63,277 nt of DNA, filler included, from Folioceros fuciformis (GCA_049999805.1; 10 parts of 10 records of this genome joined end to end with filler, not necessarily neighbours in it); one strand, 5' to 3'; shown: positions 25,001 through 36,758, counted from the whole stretch's first letter. Translations and numbers: made by a program. Notes: generated by a model from the letters alone, not told the origin.

Positions 25001-26640
25001 CTCCATTGTGTGTTTACACAAAACATCATAGTAGGCACGACATGTACTAGTATGCATGACAATGTTTACCTTTTGGCATATTCAACAAAATTTGGATTGC
25101 CCAAATCTAATCCAAATCTGAAAAACAATTACGAACATGAATAAGAAACTATGCAGTAACAAATAGGGAGACTAAGTATTTCAACAATTGAACATGAATA
25201 AAATCCTACGTTTTGAATTGTGCAGCATTTTGCTTCCATTTGATCATTCCATATGCATAATCATTCAATATGACAACAGTTATGTTAAGTCCCAATCGAA
25301 CTGCGGTTTCCATTTCCTTCATATCCATAGCACGAGTAATTAAAAATCTAAACCGGATGTAAAAACAACAAGTTGCAATAGTTGAATACGACAGAATTGT
25401 ACAATTTTCTCACTCACCTGTGAATTTATTAGAAACCCACCATCGCCACAAACAGCCACGACAATTTTACTTGGATGCAATAGAGCTGCTGCAATCGCCG
25501 ACGGTAATCCTGCTCCCATAGCTGCGAGAGCATTATCCAATAGTAGTGTATTGGGTTCAAATGTCTAAAAGGCACAACGTAATTTCCCATTAATATGACT
25601 TACATTTCTTAATTCCAATGACTCTAAAAATGGTAGTTAGAAGAAAATACTCTATAGTTTAAACTAGTTTACCTTGTAACAACGAGCAAACCATATCTTG
25701 TATAGTCCTACCATAAGAAGGCTTAAATCATGTAAGATATATTTCCTTCTATTTCATAAAGCATGATAATGCCATAAATGAACAGCGAAGTTATGCCTTT
25801 CATATTAAAGTTGACGATAACATCATTTTATGGAAGCTTACCATTATCGAGGCAAACAATAGCATCATTTGGCAATGCTTCCCTGTGATCCAATAAAAAA
25901 AAGAAAAAAATTGATATTTTCTTTTAGTAAAAAAAAAAGTCATGACCTAAGTCCACACAGAGCATTAAGAAGCACTCATACTTTTGCAGTTAAAGAGTTA
26001 AGCTAAACCTTATGTCATAAACAATACGTTGAGGACTCATCGGAAAGCTAGGATCATTAACGCTTTTGGCAAGATGCATCTCACATTCATGCTTAATCTG
26101 ATAGAAATTAAGTGTTTAGTTTTACAAACTTCAAATCGAGATAATGCATTTCTACAAATGCCTAGAATACAACAAACCTGTAACATGAATGCATAGTTCC
26201 AGTGGGTTTGTTTATGCATTTGTTCTTTAAGTCGCCAAACAGCATTTGCAATATCTCCTATGACCTCTAACTGCAATCATAATATTTGTCAATGTTCTTT
26301 TAGTAATCAAGATGAAATAAAGTAGTGGGAAAATATAAAGCAGTAATGTGCAACTCCATCATTGCATGATCTTAATGTTTCACTAAACTAACACAAATAA
26401 GGTTGTTATTCTTCCCATTTTTCACCTGAGGAAAATATATGTTGTCCACCTTTGCACTGTAAAAGTTGAAGTGAATCACAAATGGTGTTTTTCCATGCCT
26501 GCAAGAATCACCTAGGTCTACATAACTTGTATGTGTTTATGGGTCCAAGATTTAAGAAACACAACAATAGACAAGATCTTACTGCATGAAAAAGGGTGGT
26601 TTTTCTACAACATCATGTCCCATGTTGATGATAACGTCTG
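22084..26640 (-). CDS. Fusion gene: ThDP-dependent acetolactate-synthase-like / putative 2-oxoglutarate decarboxylase domain, then a linker, then an ALDH21-like aldehyde dehydrogenase domain; about 20 exons, both ends cut by gaps
   Basis: ThDP part: ADVIINMGHDVVEKPPFFM, YFPQLEVIGDIANAVW, FPMSPQRIV, LDNGLYKIWFARCY, EPNTLLLDNALAAMGAGLPSAIAA, GDGGFLINSQEMETAVRL...LNDYAYGMIKWKQ, GNPNFVEYAKSYG, VPIDY. A phase-0 intron at 24635-24541 joins it to YPLYIANKP...YERKASLEKVV...METGKPIR|DSQNEV...RRFPIG...GCPFILKPAS|RTPVGAL...IGWELKSKAGKKKVV...QSGEHC. Confidence 0.85.
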
Positions 26641-27369
26641 CTTTTTCAATACAAATATGAACATNNNNNNNNNNNNNNNNNNNNNNNNNNNNNNNNNNNN
26701 NNNNNNNNTTAATTAATTAANNNNNNNNNNNNNNNNNNNNNNNNNNNNNNNNNNNNNNNNNNNNCACTTCTGGTTTTTGTGTGCAAGAGCTTCCGCTCTT
26801 TTTCTTAACAGCAACATGCCAGAGGAATGCAATAGTTGCCTACAATGGAGGAGAATGAAAATGTTGAAGAGGGAGCGGAAGAAACAGGCAATAGCCAACG
26901 TCAGCGGCGCACGTTTGCTACAATGCCTACTGGTTTTCAGCAAAAAGAGTGGCAACTAGCAGCGTTGTCAAATGAAGGAGTTAGCATGGAGCAGCGATAC
27001 CAGAATTCAATAGCTGTTTTTGCTAGACGACAAATGAATGCACCTTAAATCAACATGTCTAATCTAGGGATGACCGTAGAGCAAGCACAATAGTGGTTGA
27101 CAGGGTGGCAAGGACGCAGTGCACATATTGTGGTGAAAGAAGATGAGTCTGGAGGGTTAGAAGGAAAGCCAACTAGGAGTCTAGCAACTAGAAGAATAGC
27201 AAATGTAAATGTGGCATTGGTGGATAATCGTGCAAGGCATGTTGAGATAGAAGGGTCTGCACTAGCAAAAGTACTTGTGAATACAAGTGCACAACTTGGT
27301 AATGGTGCCACACTTTGCCACTTCACACCAATTGCCCACCTCGTACACACCAAAACTCTACCACTGAAT

Positions 27370-27940
27370 GCAGAAGACGGGTGGCAAGGGCATTGCCAGC
27401 AATGTAGCACATCCTTACACCCAAGCTGTCCACATGCTTGCATATGTATCTGCCACACACAAAACCAGGGAAGTTGGCAACTCTCAAACCTCAACAGATC
27501 TACCCCTCTATGAGAATCAGGTGTAGAAGTTGGCCAGTCTCAATCCTAAACACATCTAAATCTAAATGAGAATTAGGTGCAGAAGTTGGCAAGCCAACCC
27601 CCTAAACACATCTACACCTCTATGAGCCCTAATAGTAAGACCCAAAATGCCTCTACAGTTGTCATCCTCCTGCAACTTACGCTAACCATACCAAAAACTC
27701 AGCCCTGCCCCGCAAGCAACAGGCAACAGTCGGAGCTTGTCACCAGTTATTTTGACACTGCCAGCAACTTCACTACTCCACGCCAAATGGCCACCATAAG
27801 TTATACACACTAACATCCTACCATTGCACGCAGAAGATGGGTGGCAAGGGCACTACTAGCCACGTAGCACATCTCTACACTCGAGTTGTCCACATGCTCT
27901 TACATGTATTTGCTACATACAAAACTAGGGAAGTTGGCAA
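27370..27940. repeat. Diverged ~110-bp direct repeat (27370-27480 and 27830-27940) in a probably TE-derived region
   Basis: gcagaagacgggtggcaagggca...cagggaagttggcaa versus gcagaagatgggtggcaagggca...tagggaagttggcaa. Confidence 0.7.
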
Positions 27941-29336
27941 GCCTTCAACGTAGTGACATCCGTTCGAGCCTCAAACACAGTGACACACATAATCGAATGA
28001 AGGCAGTTGCAATGGCAAGCGTGATTAGCAGCATCACTCAGCTACTCCACTCGCGACAAGATCCAGGTTCCATTAGACAAACGTGCGACCGGGTTTCACT
28101 CCTCAACTACGATCAGCCCACGGCTGATTTGGCACACCCTACTTCCATTTCCCAACACGCTTTGGATCCATCCATGCTTGCCACAGCCTTGTCCTAGCAC
28201 ACTCTACATCCAAGCATGCTTGCCACACCTACATGTCCTACCCAACAGCTAGAGTGTCAACAAAGATTGTCATCTGTTCAAGTTTCCTCCCACGCAGCAC
28301 ATATGCCTTTCCATGCGCCCAATAGACACTCATAGAAAGAAATCATCTGTCGTTTCATCAGTTACTTAACAAAAAGGCCATGCTTTGATGGACATATCAC
28401 TTGAACGTTACTTTATTTACTTTACTGTATTGTACCCATTTTTTGATTAATTTAATTTAAGGGGATTATTACCTACCTATCGGCTATAAAATATTTTGTC
28501 TTGTTTAAGTCATAAAAAAATATTTAAATTTTCTTAAAACTAGAAAGGACAAAATAAATGTGTTTCATCTATTTCCCACTAAAGTGAGCACCAAAGCATG
28601 CTTATACCCATAAGCAGCACATCATGGCTGACGAAGATTTGCAGGAAGGGTTTATTATGTGCACCATGCCATGTACGAATAAAGAGGTTGACTACCAAGT
28701 GAAGAATCACAAGATGCTTGACATGACCCAAAACCTATGGAATAGGGCATACTCACTAATGGAGGAGTGACATGTTGTACCTTCTAAAGGTTTGTAGCAA
28801 GGGTTATTTATATCTTCATGCACGAAGTGAAGGAAGCTCACTCGTGTGAGATTCCTTCACTAAACCTTATGTATGCTTTAGTTTTGGAACTAGAGTTAAC
28901 TACTAGGTTAAGCATGTGCCAAGAATCTTCTATCTATGCCTACTTGATTATATTTATTTTGTGCAAAATACTTTTAACCAAATATTAAGCTTCAAAGACT
29001 CTATATACTTCTAGCCACATATAAACCTTAACACCAAGCAAGGAAATGCTGTTATGGTTTTCAAGTGGCTAAAGTTTTACTATATCTAACTATGAATAGA
29101 TGACTAGTATAGAAATATTGTCTTGACCTTAGTTTACTTGATGATACTTTCCTGGGTATTTTGATGCACAGTGGATTATTATGTTCGGATTCTTTTGGCA
29201 TTTATATTTCTTTGTATTATAGGATAAATGGATTCAAAATAAAATATAATGATGACCTCTATTGAAGTGTAGTGCTTATGAAAGGCCAAAGTTTTTTTTG
29301 TGACATCACTTTTGGTGTCGATCAAGTTATCATAAC

Positions 29337-31950
29337 ATGGCAACTAGGCTTAGGTGATTTTCATAATGTTCAGCTATAATATTTGAACTTAGTAAGATAG
29401 ATTGGCTTGTTTTTAAATCTTAAGTTGCCAAATCTTAAGTGCAGAGACATGATCCAATCCATTCGTGCCTGCAAAACCGCTTCTGAAGAGAGAGCTTGTG
29501 TGGCTAAGGAATGTGCATTGCTCAGAACTGCTTTCAAATCAAGCGATGATGAATACAAACATACAAATTTAGCCAAGCTAATGTTCATACATATGCTAGG
29601 TTATCCTACTCATTTTGGGCAGATGGAATGTGTGAAGTTGATTGCAACTACTAGCTTTCCACAAAAACGAATAGGATATCTTGGTTTGATGGTGCTTCTC
29701 GATGAGAGACAAGAAGTATTAATGCTTGTCACAAATTCTGTCAAGAAGTATCCTTCCCTAACATTGAGATCTTCTCAAGATACATCAACCTCCATATGAA
29801 ATAATCCCTTAACTAAACAACCAGCGACTTGCAACACTCAAATCAGTACATTGTTGGACTAGCATTGTGTGCACTTGGTAATATATGTACGGCAGAGATG
29901 GCTCGTGATTTAGCTCCAGAAGTAGAAAAGCTATTCCGCCATTCCTACTCATATGTTAAAAAAAAAGTAAGATCATGTGCCCTCTACTTTCTCCATTTGT
30001 TCAGCATTTTCTACCAGAGAAGTTTATTGTTGTAACTAGGTCTCCACTTATGGCACAACTTTCTTGCTATAATTTGGGCATTACTTGGGTTGCAGGCTGC
30101 CATATGTTCAATTCGAATTATTCGAAAAGTACCCGACCTTCATGAATATTTTATAACTCCAGTTGTATCTTTGTTGGCAGACAAACACCATGGAGTCCTT
30201 ATTTCTGGTGTTCGGCTAATGATCGAACTATGCCAATCAAACTCTCAAGCCTTGGATCACTTCAGGAAGGTATTTACAAGACTACTTTTAGAATTGCAAC
30301 TGATGTGATTACTCGACACTAGTTCATTACACTTCTTTTACCACTAATGTGTGACATTTTTCACTCCTTATTTTGTACTTTATTGTGTCTTTCCACTATT
30401 CATGAAGGGCGCAAAGTAGGTCCAACATCTTATATTTGGAAGAAATTTAGATGGAAGTGAGAATGCTATTGCAAGCACATATATTGAGGTATTGTTATGC
30501 CTTCCAGCAAACTTCTACTGTCGTTCGCATCCTCAAGAATTTGGTGATAAGTGGATATGCTCCAGAGTACGATGTAGGTGGTATTACGGATCCATTCTTA
30601 CAAGTTAGGATTTTGAGATTGCTTCGTCTTTTAGGAAAAGGAGATCCCGATTCAAGTGATGACATGAGTGACATTTTAGCTCAGGTACATACACCAGTGG
30701 AAAAAACTTTCTATCTAGATAGTATATGCAAAGCCATGTTATCGTAGTAACATCTCCTTTCCATTCTCACAAACAGGTCGCCACCAATACAGACTCTAGT
30801 AAAAATGCCGGCAATGCAATACTTTATGAATGTGTGCAAACAATCATGGGCATAGAAGCTATTGCTGGTTTAAGAGTACTTGCTATTAATATAATGGGAA
30901 AATTTCTATCAAGTCAGGATAACAATATAAGGTAAGCTACACCACCACATTGCCATAAACTCTCTTTTTTGTCACAATATTTATATGCAGTTACTTTCTT
31001 ACAACAGATTTGTAGCACTAAAGACTCTTATAGCAGTAGTAGCTGTGGATACCCAAGCAGTCCAACGACATCGAGCTATAATCATTGAATGTGTTAAGGT
31101 AGTCCGATCTTTGTTACAATTCGACTTTATGAAATTTTGCTTTGCAAATCTTAGCATAAGCAACCCATTACCGGTGCTCATGCAGGACTCTGATATTTCT
31201 ATTAGAAAAAGAGCATTAGAATTGGTGTACTCTCTAGTTAACAAGAGCAATATCATGATACTCACAGAAGAGCTTTTAAACTATCTTGAAGTTAGTGATG
31301 CAGAGTTCAAAGTTGATTTAACTAGCAAGATTTCTTCACTCATTCAAAAGTACTTCATCTACTTTAAACTAGAAATTTCATATTTTTAATGAAGAATTTC
31401 TCTACATTTTATTATGTATGAACTATAGGAACATTGAAGATAATAATCTCTTTGTTTATGTTGCAGATTTGCTCCATCGAAACTATGGCATGTAGATCAC
31501 ATGATAAAATTATTAATTCAGGTAGGGAGGTAGTGAACTCATTATCGGATAGTTAGGTTTTCTATTTAGATATCTTATGAATGAATGTCTTTCCAGGCTG
31601 GTAAGTACTTAGGCGACGAAGTTGTTAGATCATTACTTGTCTTAATAAGTAATGCACCTGATCTTCAAGGATATACAGTTCGAACCTTCTATTGCGCATT
31701 ACAACATTGGGATGGGCAGGTGCTCCATATCCACCACATTCATTTTATTTTACAATTTTATAAAATTAAATTAAATTAAGCATTGGTCTTTCTTGTAAAG
31801 AATAAGGATCTTGTTGTGTATATTTTATTTACTTACATTATTTATCTTGATTAGGAAACTCTTGCAAATGTAGCATTGTGGTGCATTGGAGAAAATGGTG
31901 AAATGCTTATTGATCAATCCAACAAGTTACCAGAGGAAGACCCAATTACA
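29337..31950 (+). CDS. AP1G: AP-1 complex gamma adaptin, N-terminal trunk, 3' end cut by gap
   Basis: [111 protein letters not shown]. Confidence 0.94.
29748..29824 (+). other. U12-type (minor spliceosome) GT-AG intron in AP1G
   Basis: 5' splice site GTATCCTT, branch-site-like TCCCTTAAC at 29805-29813 just before the CAG acceptor, and no polypyrimidine tract. Splicing restores [15 protein letters not shown]. Confidence 0.8.
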
Positions 31951-32132
31951 GTTACTCAATTCTATTATTAAATTTTAAAAAAAAAAAGTAATTTCTTGCT
32001 AAGTAGAGTGTCTAGAGTAGTAAAGATTGATGNNNNNNNNNNNNNNNNNNNNNNNNNNNNNNNNNNNNNNNNNNNNTTAATTAATTAANNNNNNNNNNNN
32101 NNNNNNNNNNNNNNNNNNNNNNNNNNNNNNNN

Positions 32133-33766
32133 TTCTGGGCAAGTCCCTCAAACACGACCTGGGCATCCTCTATACTGCCACATTTAGCATACATGCTCAC
32201 AAGGCTGTTCGCTACAAAAGTATCATTTTGAAGGTCTTGTTGTCCGATGTGCGCATGAAGCTCCTTCCCCATATCAAGAGCAGAGGTGCCCAGACTTGAA
32301 CATGCCTGCAGGAGGCACACGTATGTTACAGAGTTGGGTCTAACCATGCCTTCTTCGTGCATGGCCTTGTACAGATGAAATGCTTCCTGCCCCATGCCTC
32401 GCTGGGAATAACCAGCTATTATTGCATTCCACGTCACCACATTTCTTTTATCAAGTCCCGCAAATACTCCCCTGGCATCCTCCAGGCTGCCACACTTTGC
32501 ATACATGTTCACCAAACTGCTGGCCACAAATACATCAGCTTGAAGTCGTCGTTCTCTAATTTCTGCATGAAGCTGCCTCCCCTGCTCCAAAGCAGGGATG
32601 CCTACACTTGCGCATGCCTGCAGAACAGACACAAACGTCGCAGAATCAAGTGCCACGATGCCCTGCTCCTGCATGGCCCTGAGCAGACCAAGTGCTTCTT
32701 TCCCCATACCCTGCTGAGAATATCCTGCTATCATGGCACTCCACGTCACCAAATCCTTCTGGGGGAGCCCGTCAAATACTCTCAGAGCATCCCCCAAGCT
32801 CCCACACTTCGAATACATGTCCACCAGGCCACTAGAAACAAATAAATCAGGCTCGACTCCGCTGGCCAGCACATCAGCATGCACCTTCTGCCCTGATTTC
32901 AAGTCTACTCCCTTCGCGCAAGCCTGAAGGGCTGCCACAAACACGTGGCCGTTGGGCTTCACGAGTGAACTCCGCAATCGATGATACAGATGTATGGCCT
33001 GCTGATACTGTCCATGCGTAACATAAGTTGAGATCATAGCAGACCATGTGAAAGCGTCTGGTTCCTTGACCATATCGAAAACATTCACAGCTTCTTGCAA
33101 CCTGCCATGAGAAGCGTACATCCGAAGAATGTGATTGCACAGGAACGTATCCCACTCAAGCCCCCTCTTCTCGCTGAGAGCATGCACACGGCGCCCCAGA
33201 TGCAGATCCTTCCTGGCCACACACTCCCTAAGAACCACATAAAGGAGAGACTGAGTAATACAACACTCTGCCTGCACCAGTCCTCCGAGACCCTCAACAG
33301 CCTCCGCAATCTGCCCCTGCGAACATAACCTCCTAACAGTTTCAGCCATCAAAGGCCTGCCAAGTTTACAATAATCCGGCACACTCCAGCTGGACCACGG
33401 CCCCCCATGCAAATCCAGAGCAGCCAGCTGCGCATCCACCCAAGCTGGCTTTGAGACCTTGTCCACCCACAGGACCTCCTGAGACTCTTTGTGCCGGAAG
33501 TCAGGCGACCGGGAGCTCCTCTTATCATGCCTGTTATCCCACCAAAGCGAGGGATCCAGGAAAAATCGCTGCCACAAGAGCTCCTGGCGACTATCCTGGC
33601 TGGTCCAATCGTCTCCAGCCATATCTCCTCTTGGGAGGGCTCCCACTAGTGTGCAGGTGCTGCATCTCGCAGCTTCCTTGCGTTCTAACAGCCGATTATT
33701 GAAACCCAGGTGGGCGGGAGCTCTCCGTAGAATCCCAGTTGACCTCCAGCCACCCATGTCTGGCAA
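32133..33766 (-). CDS. PLS-class PPR protein with N-terminal OSB-type PDF motif; C-terminus cut by gap
   Basis: PLS repeats (VTWSAMIAGY, LVDMYSKCGSL) are preceded by LWQRFFLDPSLWWDNRHDKRSSRSPDFRHKESQEVLWVDKVSKPAWV. Confidence 0.9.
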
Positions 33767-34310
33767 GAGCAGGCCTGGAAACTACGCATCGAAAAGGAGG
33801 CTCTGACCGGCACCTCGTCATCAGGATCTGTGGGTGGCGACCGACCACAGCTTCAGAAGCAGACTTGCCTGCTGGTGTGGAGCACTTCATAACAATTCGT
33901 CACCTCCCAGAGAAAACCAGTTTCTTGCAGGTACATACACGTCTCTTGTATCCGTACATAGACTCAGTCCTGGTAGACTGGCATCCTCAAGTGGGGTCTT
34001 TTTTGCACCCGACAATGGAGATGCATGGTGCTTCCAAGTTTTGTGGAGAGCAGAGAGCGAAATCCTTCGTTCATACTGTATGTTGTTGGCAATTCTTCAA
34101 AATTTTACACAGTGTCTCCATCGTCCGATATTGTAACGAGATGGATGCATCATTGTAAGTCGTTGCGTTCACCAATGCTGCGATTGATTGCGGTCGAAAT
34201 TATGGTTTCCGTGCTGAACACAATTCAGCCCTTGTGTGGACAGATGCAACCTGAAGACGCTGCAAATGTTCTGCGTGACGAAAAGAGGCTGGAATTGGGT
34301 TGTGTAAGAT

Positions 34311-36758
34311 ATGCACTGCTTACTGGGACCGAGCTTGTGGCTAGACAGGTTATCCAAGCCTGTTTCCGTGGACGCGGAGCTGGCTGCTGGAGATGTACAG
34401 ATGAAGCGCTGTGGCGCTACATCGAGATGGGATGAATGTGAGCCTACAAGATACGAAAGGAGAGTGTCGGGTGAAATGGTGAGGAAGCTGTGTGAGCTGG
34501 GGCAGGTTGCTGAGGCCGTGGAGGGGCTGGGAGTTCTGGTGCACGGTGACGCTCTTATTCCCCAATCTCTTTTCTACACTGTGCTGAAGGAATGTGTGGC
34601 TAGAAAGGATTTGTCTCTTAGTCGTCGTGTTCATGCTCTCATGGTGAAGGAGGGGTCTGAAGAAGACACGTTCCTGTGCAACCACATCTTGCGAATGTAT
34701 GCTGCTCATGGCAGGTTGCAAGAAGCGATGGATGTGTTTAGGAGAGTCTCCAGGCCAGATGCCTTCACGTGGTCTGCCATAATCTCTGCAAATGTTAAGC
34801 AGGGAGAGGATAAAGAGGCCATTGAGCTGTATCACCGTATGCGGGGGTCGAGTGTAAAGCCTGATGGGCATGTTTTTGTAGCAGCCCTTCAGGCTTGTGC
34901 CATGGCAGCAGACTTCAAGTCTGGGCAGGAGGTACATGCCGATGTGTTGGCCAGAGGCGTTGAGTGCGATTCGTTTGTTTGCAGTGGCCTGGTTGACATG
35001 TATGCCAAGTGCGGCAGCTTGGAAGATGCCCAAAGAGTATTTGATGGGCTTCCTCAGAAAGATGTTGTGACATGGAATGCTATGATAGCAGGATACTCCC
35101 GGCAGGCACGGGGTCAGGAAGCCTTATCTCTTTACAGTGCAATGCAAGAAGAAGGCATGGCTGCACCCAATTCTGTGACATACGTGTGCGCTTTGCACGC
35201 ATGCGCCAGTGTGGGTAGCCTGGCTCTGGAGAAGGGGAAGCATCTTCATGCACAGATTCGAGAGCGAGGTCTTCAGGCTGATGTTGTTGTGGGTGGGAGC
35301 CTTGTGAACATGTATGCAAAGTGCGGCAGCTTGAAGGATGCTAGGGACGTGTTTGATGGCCTTGCTCACAAGAGTGTGGTGACGTGGAATGCTATCATAG
35401 CAGGCTACTCCCAGCAGATCATGGGTCTGGAAGCTCTGGGGCTTTACAGGGTTATGCAAGAGGACGATGTTGCCGAACCTGATGCTGTGACATTTGCATC
35501 CCTCCTGCAGGCATGTGCAAACGTCGGCACCCCAGCATTGGACATGGGGAAGCAGCTTCATGCACAGATTCGGAAACAAGGCCTGCTGGCTGATGTGATT
35601 GTAGCGAATAGCATGGTGAACATGTATGCAAAATGCGGTAGCCTGGAGGATGCTCAAGCTCTATTCGACGAACTTAGTGAAAAGACGGTGGTGACATGGA
35701 GTGCTATGATAGCAGGATATTCCCTGCAGGGCATGGGGCACGACGCCCTTCGTCTGTACAAGGATATGCAAAACGAGGGCCTCGTTGCACCAAATTCCGT
35801 CACATTTCTGTGCCTCCTTCAGGCATGTGCAAGTGTCGCAGCTTTGCACCTGGGTAGGCAGCTTCACGGACAGATAAAAGAACAAGGGCTTCAAGCCGAT
35901 CTGCTTGTGGCTGCGAGCTTGATAAATATGTATGGCAAGTGCAGTAGCTTGCTGGACGCACAGCAGGTGTTTGATTCACTGGCTGAAAGAGACGTAGCTA
36001 CCTGGAATGCACTGATTGCAGGGTACACCCGCCAAGGAGCCAGCGCAAAGGTTTTCAACTTGGTTCGCAGGATGCGCAAGGATGACATACGGCCAGACAG
36101 CATCACTTTCGTCAACGTGCTAACAGTATGCAGTCATACAGGTCTAGTGAGGAAGGGGCGGGAGTACTTCGACGCCATGAGCAGAGACTATGGCATCACT
36201 CCCACGGCAGACCACTACACATGCATGGTGGGCCTCCTGGGCCGTGCAGGACACCTGCAGGAGGCGCTGGCGTTCCTGAATACGATGCCTGTGTCACCTG
36301 ATGCAGGGGTTTGGCACACTCTGTTGGGGGCTTGTCAAAAGTGGAACGACGTGGAGGTAGGACGAAATGCATTCGACAATGCACTGAGGCTGAATCCGAA
36401 AGATGCTGCAGCCTATGTGCTGATGTCTAACATCTACACCAGTGCCCAGATGTGGGAGCAGGCAGAGGAGATGCAGGTGCGGAGAAAAGAGAACAGGGCA
36501 TGGAAGGAGCCGGGCCAGAGCTGGTGGACAGACATGGATGGACTGGTGCACAGCTTTCTGGTTGGGTATGTGAAGGATCACGAGTGTGAAGCAAGGCTGG
36601 AACGAGAGCTTTCACCCAGAGATGGTGACGCTGACGATGGCGATGGTGGCGAAAACCCTTGGTTTGGGCGCAACGCCAAGCCGGCCATCGCATGTGATGA
36701 AAACCGATTACCTTTTAGAAAATTCGACTCTCGGTGGCGCTGGGCTCACTTAACCTAA
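34311..36758 (+). CDS. PLS-class PPR protein with E domains and a WW-type PG-box, with degenerate DYW remnant
   Basis: The 815-aa ORF has PLS repeats, HYTCMVGLLGRAG, AAAYVLMSNIY and WKEPGQSWWTDMDGLVHSFLVG. It has no HxE or CxxC deaminase motif. Confidence 0.9.
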   Translation: MHCLLGPSLWLDRLSKPVSVDAELAAGDVQMKRCGATSRWDECEPTRYERRVSGEMVRKLCELGQVAEAVEGLGVLVHGDALIPQSLFYTVLKECVARKDLSLSRRVHALMVKEGSEEDTFLCNHILRMYAAHGRLQEAMDVFRRVSRPDAFTWSAIISANVKQGEDKEAIELYHRMRGSSVKPDGHVFVAALQACAMAADFKSGQEVHADVLARGVECDSFVCSGLVDMYAKCGSLEDAQRVFDGLPQKDVVTWNAMIAGYSRQARGQEALSLYSAMQEEGMAAPNSVTYVCALHACASVGSLALEKGKHLHAQIRERGLQADVVVGGSLVNMYAKCGSLKDARDVFDGLAHKSVVTWNAIIAGYSQQIMGLEALGLYRVMQEDDVAEPDAVTFASLLQACANVGTPALDMGKQLHAQIRKQGLLADVIVANSMVNMYAKCGSLEDAQALFDELSEKTVVTWSAMIAGYSLQGMGHDALRLYKDMQNEGLVAPNSVTFLCLLQACASVAALHLGRQLHGQIKEQGLQADLLVAASLINMYGKCSSLLDAQQVFDSLAERDVATWNALIAGYTRQGASAKVFNLVRRMRKDDIRPDSITFVNVLTVCSHTGLVRKGREYFDAMSRDYGITPTADHYTCMVGLLGRAGHLQEALAFLNTMPVSPDAGVWHTLLGACQKWNDVEVGRNAFDNALRLNPKDAAAYVLMSNIYTSAQMWEQAEEMQVRRKENRAWKEPGQSWWTDMDGLVHSFLVGYVKDHECEARLERELSPRDGDADDGDGGENPWFGRNAKPAIACDENRLPFRKFDSRWRWAHLT

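Noticed and set aside
25340-25540. Canonical plant AHAS/ALS, or a bacterial contaminant gene
   Set aside because: The motifs are bacterial-type rather than plant AHAS, but many spliceosomal GT-AG introns show the gene is eukaryotic nuclear.
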